Below are positions 62,901 through 64,000 of a stretch of DNA of 64,000 bases, piece by piece (the stretch's first letter is position 1; every line of letters begins with the position of its first letter). The stretch comes from Phaeosaccion multiseriatum (taxonomy: Eukaryota; Protista; Ochrophyta, other classes): positions 1,240,001 to 1,304,000 of the forward strand of contig OZ218950.1 of NCBI GenBank assembly GCA_965112735.1, given 5' to 3'. Under the pieces are notes generated by a model. The model saw only the letters and a list, made by a program, of their open reading frames with translations, did not search any database and had not been told where the DNA came from. The position numbers and the translations under genes were made by a program.

Positions 62901-64000
62901 ATCGATGGGGTGAGCGAGCGGCCCTTCGGTCTCCCGGAAGGGTTCGCCAGGTATCATATCCGTTGGTGCTCTCCTCAGTGGGCTACCAGCGCAATGCAGG
63001 AGCAGCGTAGCTTAGAGCTGGACGAGGTGAGTGAAGGGAAAGTGCCCACGCTGGCGAGGATTGTGAAGTTCCGCTGGCGCAAAGCCACGGGGCTGCCACT
63101 GCGGCGAGAGTATAACGTGCGGTGGGCCGTGTCGGACGGCGGCACTTTCCAGACCTGGGAATGGGCTGAGTGGTTACTGGAGCGGGGACACGCCAAGGCC
63201 ATAGAGGCGTTCGAGAACGCCCTCCCGCACACTGCCCTTGATCCAGGAGTGAATGTCAAAAGAGGGCATAGGTCTAAACGGGAAAGTACGATCCGTCTGC
63301 GGCAACATGAGAAGTGGGGCAGCGGGCTGGCGCACGAGACGCAATTCTATCGCTCGCATCTCGGCTTCTGAGGGAGCTAGCGGAAGAAGCGGGGGTGTAG
63401 TGAGGGGGATGTTAGAAGTGGCCTAGTTGGGGTCCCTTGGGGACCCAATCAGTAGTGTAACGGCCGGAAAACGGGCCAACTAGACGGTAAATCAGTAATA
63501 AAGAAAGGAAGCGCAGCCTGCGTGTGGGCTGGCTTCCGGGTGCTTGCTTCAGCTTCTGCTCTGCTCTAGCTTGGCTTTGAGGCTAGCTGTCGGTAGTTTC
63601 GACACACACACTTACCAGTCAAGACTCAGGAAACCCCCTTCAGCGAGGGCCTCGAACGCCTGTGTACCCAGCAGCAAGTTGACGCCTCCCACCAAAGCGA
63701 TGTCACACTTCCCCAGCCGCAAGCTGCTGCAGGCCCCCTCCAGTGCCACCAAAGACGACGAGCACGCCGTGTCGACACTCATGCTCGGCCCTCCGAGGCC
63801 CAGCACGTACGACATCCGATTTGCCGGACTCGCATTGGACATGCCCATGACGGAGTACGCACCCTTGTTCGCATCGTCTACCACTGAGCCCCACTCGCTG
63901 CCGGACATGCCCACGAACACACCGGTGTTGCTGCCATGTAGTGTGTCCTTGCGGTATCCCGCCCTGTGCAGCGCCTCGTACCCCACCTCCAGCATGACGC
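20511..64000 (-). CDS. Giant spliced hybrid modular PKS-NRPS, 5' end outside window: KS-AT-KR-ACP / KS-DH-ER-KR-ACP / KS-AT-KR-ACP / C-A-PCP / KS-ACP / KS-AT-KR-ACP / C-A-PCP / Pls-type membrane terminal domain. One apparent frameshift at ~46710.
   Basis: Exons joined by GT-AG introns that restore conserved motifs: 64000-63616, 50883-46604, 46448-41343, 41182-34867, 34669-34115, 34001-33728, 33582-33096, 32958-32663, 32107-30649, 30314-23981, 23783-23238, 23153-20511. Motifs: KS DTACSSS/HGTGT/GHLE; AT GQGSQ/GHSLG/HAFH; KR GGLGxLG/YAxAN; ACP GLDS; C HHCIFDG; [35 protein letters not shown]; [11 protein letters not shown]. Confidence 0.93.
23238..30314 (-). CDS. PKS-NRPS exons: KS C-half, AT, KR, ACP, C, A (copy 2), PCP
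   Basis: ORFs 23888..30250 and 23163..24092 joined across a 197-bp intron (23784-23980) at YRT|GDL. AT through A is nearly identical to copy 1. Confidence 0.95.
23460..40480. repeat. Intragenic segmental duplication: ~23460-29620 approximately equals ~34346-40480 (AT-KR-ACP-C-A, including the 197-bp intron)
   Basis: Offset 10886-10889 bp; even the antisense shadow ORFs are duplicated almost verbatim. Confidence 0.95.
30649..34669 (-). CDS. PKS-NRPS exons: A C-subdomain and PCP, then a minimal AT-less KS-ACP module, then N-half of next KS
   Basis: [18 protein letters not shown] and GGTSL; KS split over four exons ([36 protein letters not shown]); ACP GLDSMAL; DTACSSS. Confidence 0.88.
34867..41182 (-). 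CDS. PKS-NRPS exon: KS C-half, AT, KR, ACP, condensation and adenylation domains (copy 1)
   Basis: ORF 34774..41190 (2138 aa) with [54 protein letters not shown]. Confidence 0.95.
39770..41727. repeat. Second duplication: KS-AT segment, near-identical to 49470-51036 plus 63605-64000
   Basis: Offset 9701 bp (22273 across the retrotransposon); includes the 160-bp KS intron. Confidence 0.93.
41343..46448 (-). CDS. PKS-NRPS exon: AT-less fully reducing module (KS C-half, DH, ER, B-type KR, ACP) plus N-half of next KS
   Basis: HGTGT and KANIGHLE; [14 protein letters not shown] and HPAVLD; ER LNFRDVL and [10 protein letters not shown]; [10 protein letters not shown] and YAAAN; ACP GLDSLS; DTACSSS. 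No GHSxG AT between KS and DH. Confidence 0.92.
46604..50883 (-). CDS. PKS-NRPS exon: KS C-half, AT (malonyl-type HAFH), KR, ACP, N-half of next KS (frameshifted at ~46710)
   Basis: ORF 46668..50891: [53 protein letters not shown]. The KS continuation [18 protein letters not shown] lies in another frame. Confidence 0.92.
51037..51231 (+). repeat. 5' LTR (195 bp)
   Basis: TGTTAGAAGT...TTTCGACA, identical to 63410-63604; contains TAATAAA at 51123-51129. Confidence 0.97.
51232..51240 (+). promoter_or_regulatory. Putative self-priming primer-binding site (Tf1-like)
   Basis: ACCCGGAAG directly after the 5' LTR is the exact reverse complement of CTTCCGGGT at 51160-51168 within the LTR; no TGG-starting tRNA PBS. 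Confidence 0.6.
51729..53546 (+). CDS. gag: Retrotransposon Gag (start codon uncertain)
   Basis: Coiled-coil-like N-terminus; CCHC zinc knuckle [14 protein letters not shown] (CX2CX4HX4C) near the C-terminus; lies just after the 5' LTR. Confidence 0.85.
53544..53582 (+). promoter_or_regulatory. Putative gag-pol stop-codon readthrough signal (UGA-CGG plus 13-bp hairpin)
   Basis: Gag and pol are in the same frame, separated only by TGA 53544-53546. CCCCGGGGCTGCT (53552-53564) pairs with AGCAGCCCTGGGG (53570-53582), with one G:U pair. Confidence 0.7.
53547..63371 (+). CDS. pol: Retrotransposon Pol: aspartic protease, RT, RNase H, DEDDy 3'-5' exonuclease, integrase, chromodomain
   Basis: Open from immediately after the gag stop. 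PR ALMDSG (~55700); [11 protein letters not shown] and FVDD (~58750); RH TDAS/ELELLA/TDH/PDCLSR (~59230-59590); exo DSEW...YAFADA (~60170-60625); IN H-H-C-C, ADVAGP, SDQGSQF, VERF (~61730-62420); chromo REYNVRW...TWE (~63050-63220). Confidence 0.95.
63410..63604 (+). repeat. 3' LTR (195 bp)
   Basis: Identical to the 5' LTR; preceded by a polypurine tract. Confidence 0.97.

Larger units (their letters stand above)
51037..63604 (+). mobile_element. Full-length Ty3/Gypsy (chromovirus-like) LTR retrotransposon, 12,568 bp, antisense inside a PKS intron
   Basis: Identical 195-bp TG..CA LTRs; CACA TSD (51033-51036 and 63605-63608) confirmed against the empty paralogous intron 41183-41342; PPT gaggggga at 63402-63409; domain order PR-RT-RH-IN-chromodomain. 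Confidence 0.97.

Noticed and set aside
63371-63409. env-like third ORF (endogenous retrovirus)
   Set aside because: Only ~38 nt separate the pol stop from the 3' LTR.

Overview
Eukaryotic, GC-rich, intron- and microsatellite-rich DNA, probably an alga or protist (taxon not determinable from the sequence alone). The right two-thirds (20.5-64 kb, minus strand, continuing beyond the window) is one giant spliced hybrid PKS-NRPS gene with 12 exons and about 28.7 kb of coding sequence (~9,500 aa) in the window. Its order is [KS-AT-KR-ACP]-[KS-DH-ER-KR-ACP, no AT]-[KS-AT-KR-ACP]-[C-A-PCP]-[KS-ACP]-[KS-AT-KR-ACP]-[C-A-PCP]. It ends not in a thioesterase but in a 6-TM, triple beta-helix domain of the poly-epsilon-lysine synthetase (Pls/PosA) type. 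The gene was built by recent module duplication, and its two near-identical A domains differ mainly in the specificity pocket. This copy has a probable 10-bp frameshifting deletion at ~46710, a 598-bp palindrome 13 nt after its stop, and a very young 12.6-kb Ty3/Gypsy chromovirus-like element in one intron (identical 195-bp LTRs, 4-bp TSD). That element is itself unusual: an intact DEDDy 3'-5' exonuclease between RNase H and integrase, gag and pol joined in frame by UGA-CGG plus a hairpin (readthrough signature), and a Tf1-like self-priming PBS. The left third holds three apparently truncated or damaged genes (PPEF/RdgC-like phosphatase, Tudor+kinase protein, PDI), two small TG..CA palindromic-repeat elements with Pol III B-boxes, a foldback MITE and a recurrent GTTGGTGATACAG motif. 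All domain calls are motif recognition by eye; no searches were run.
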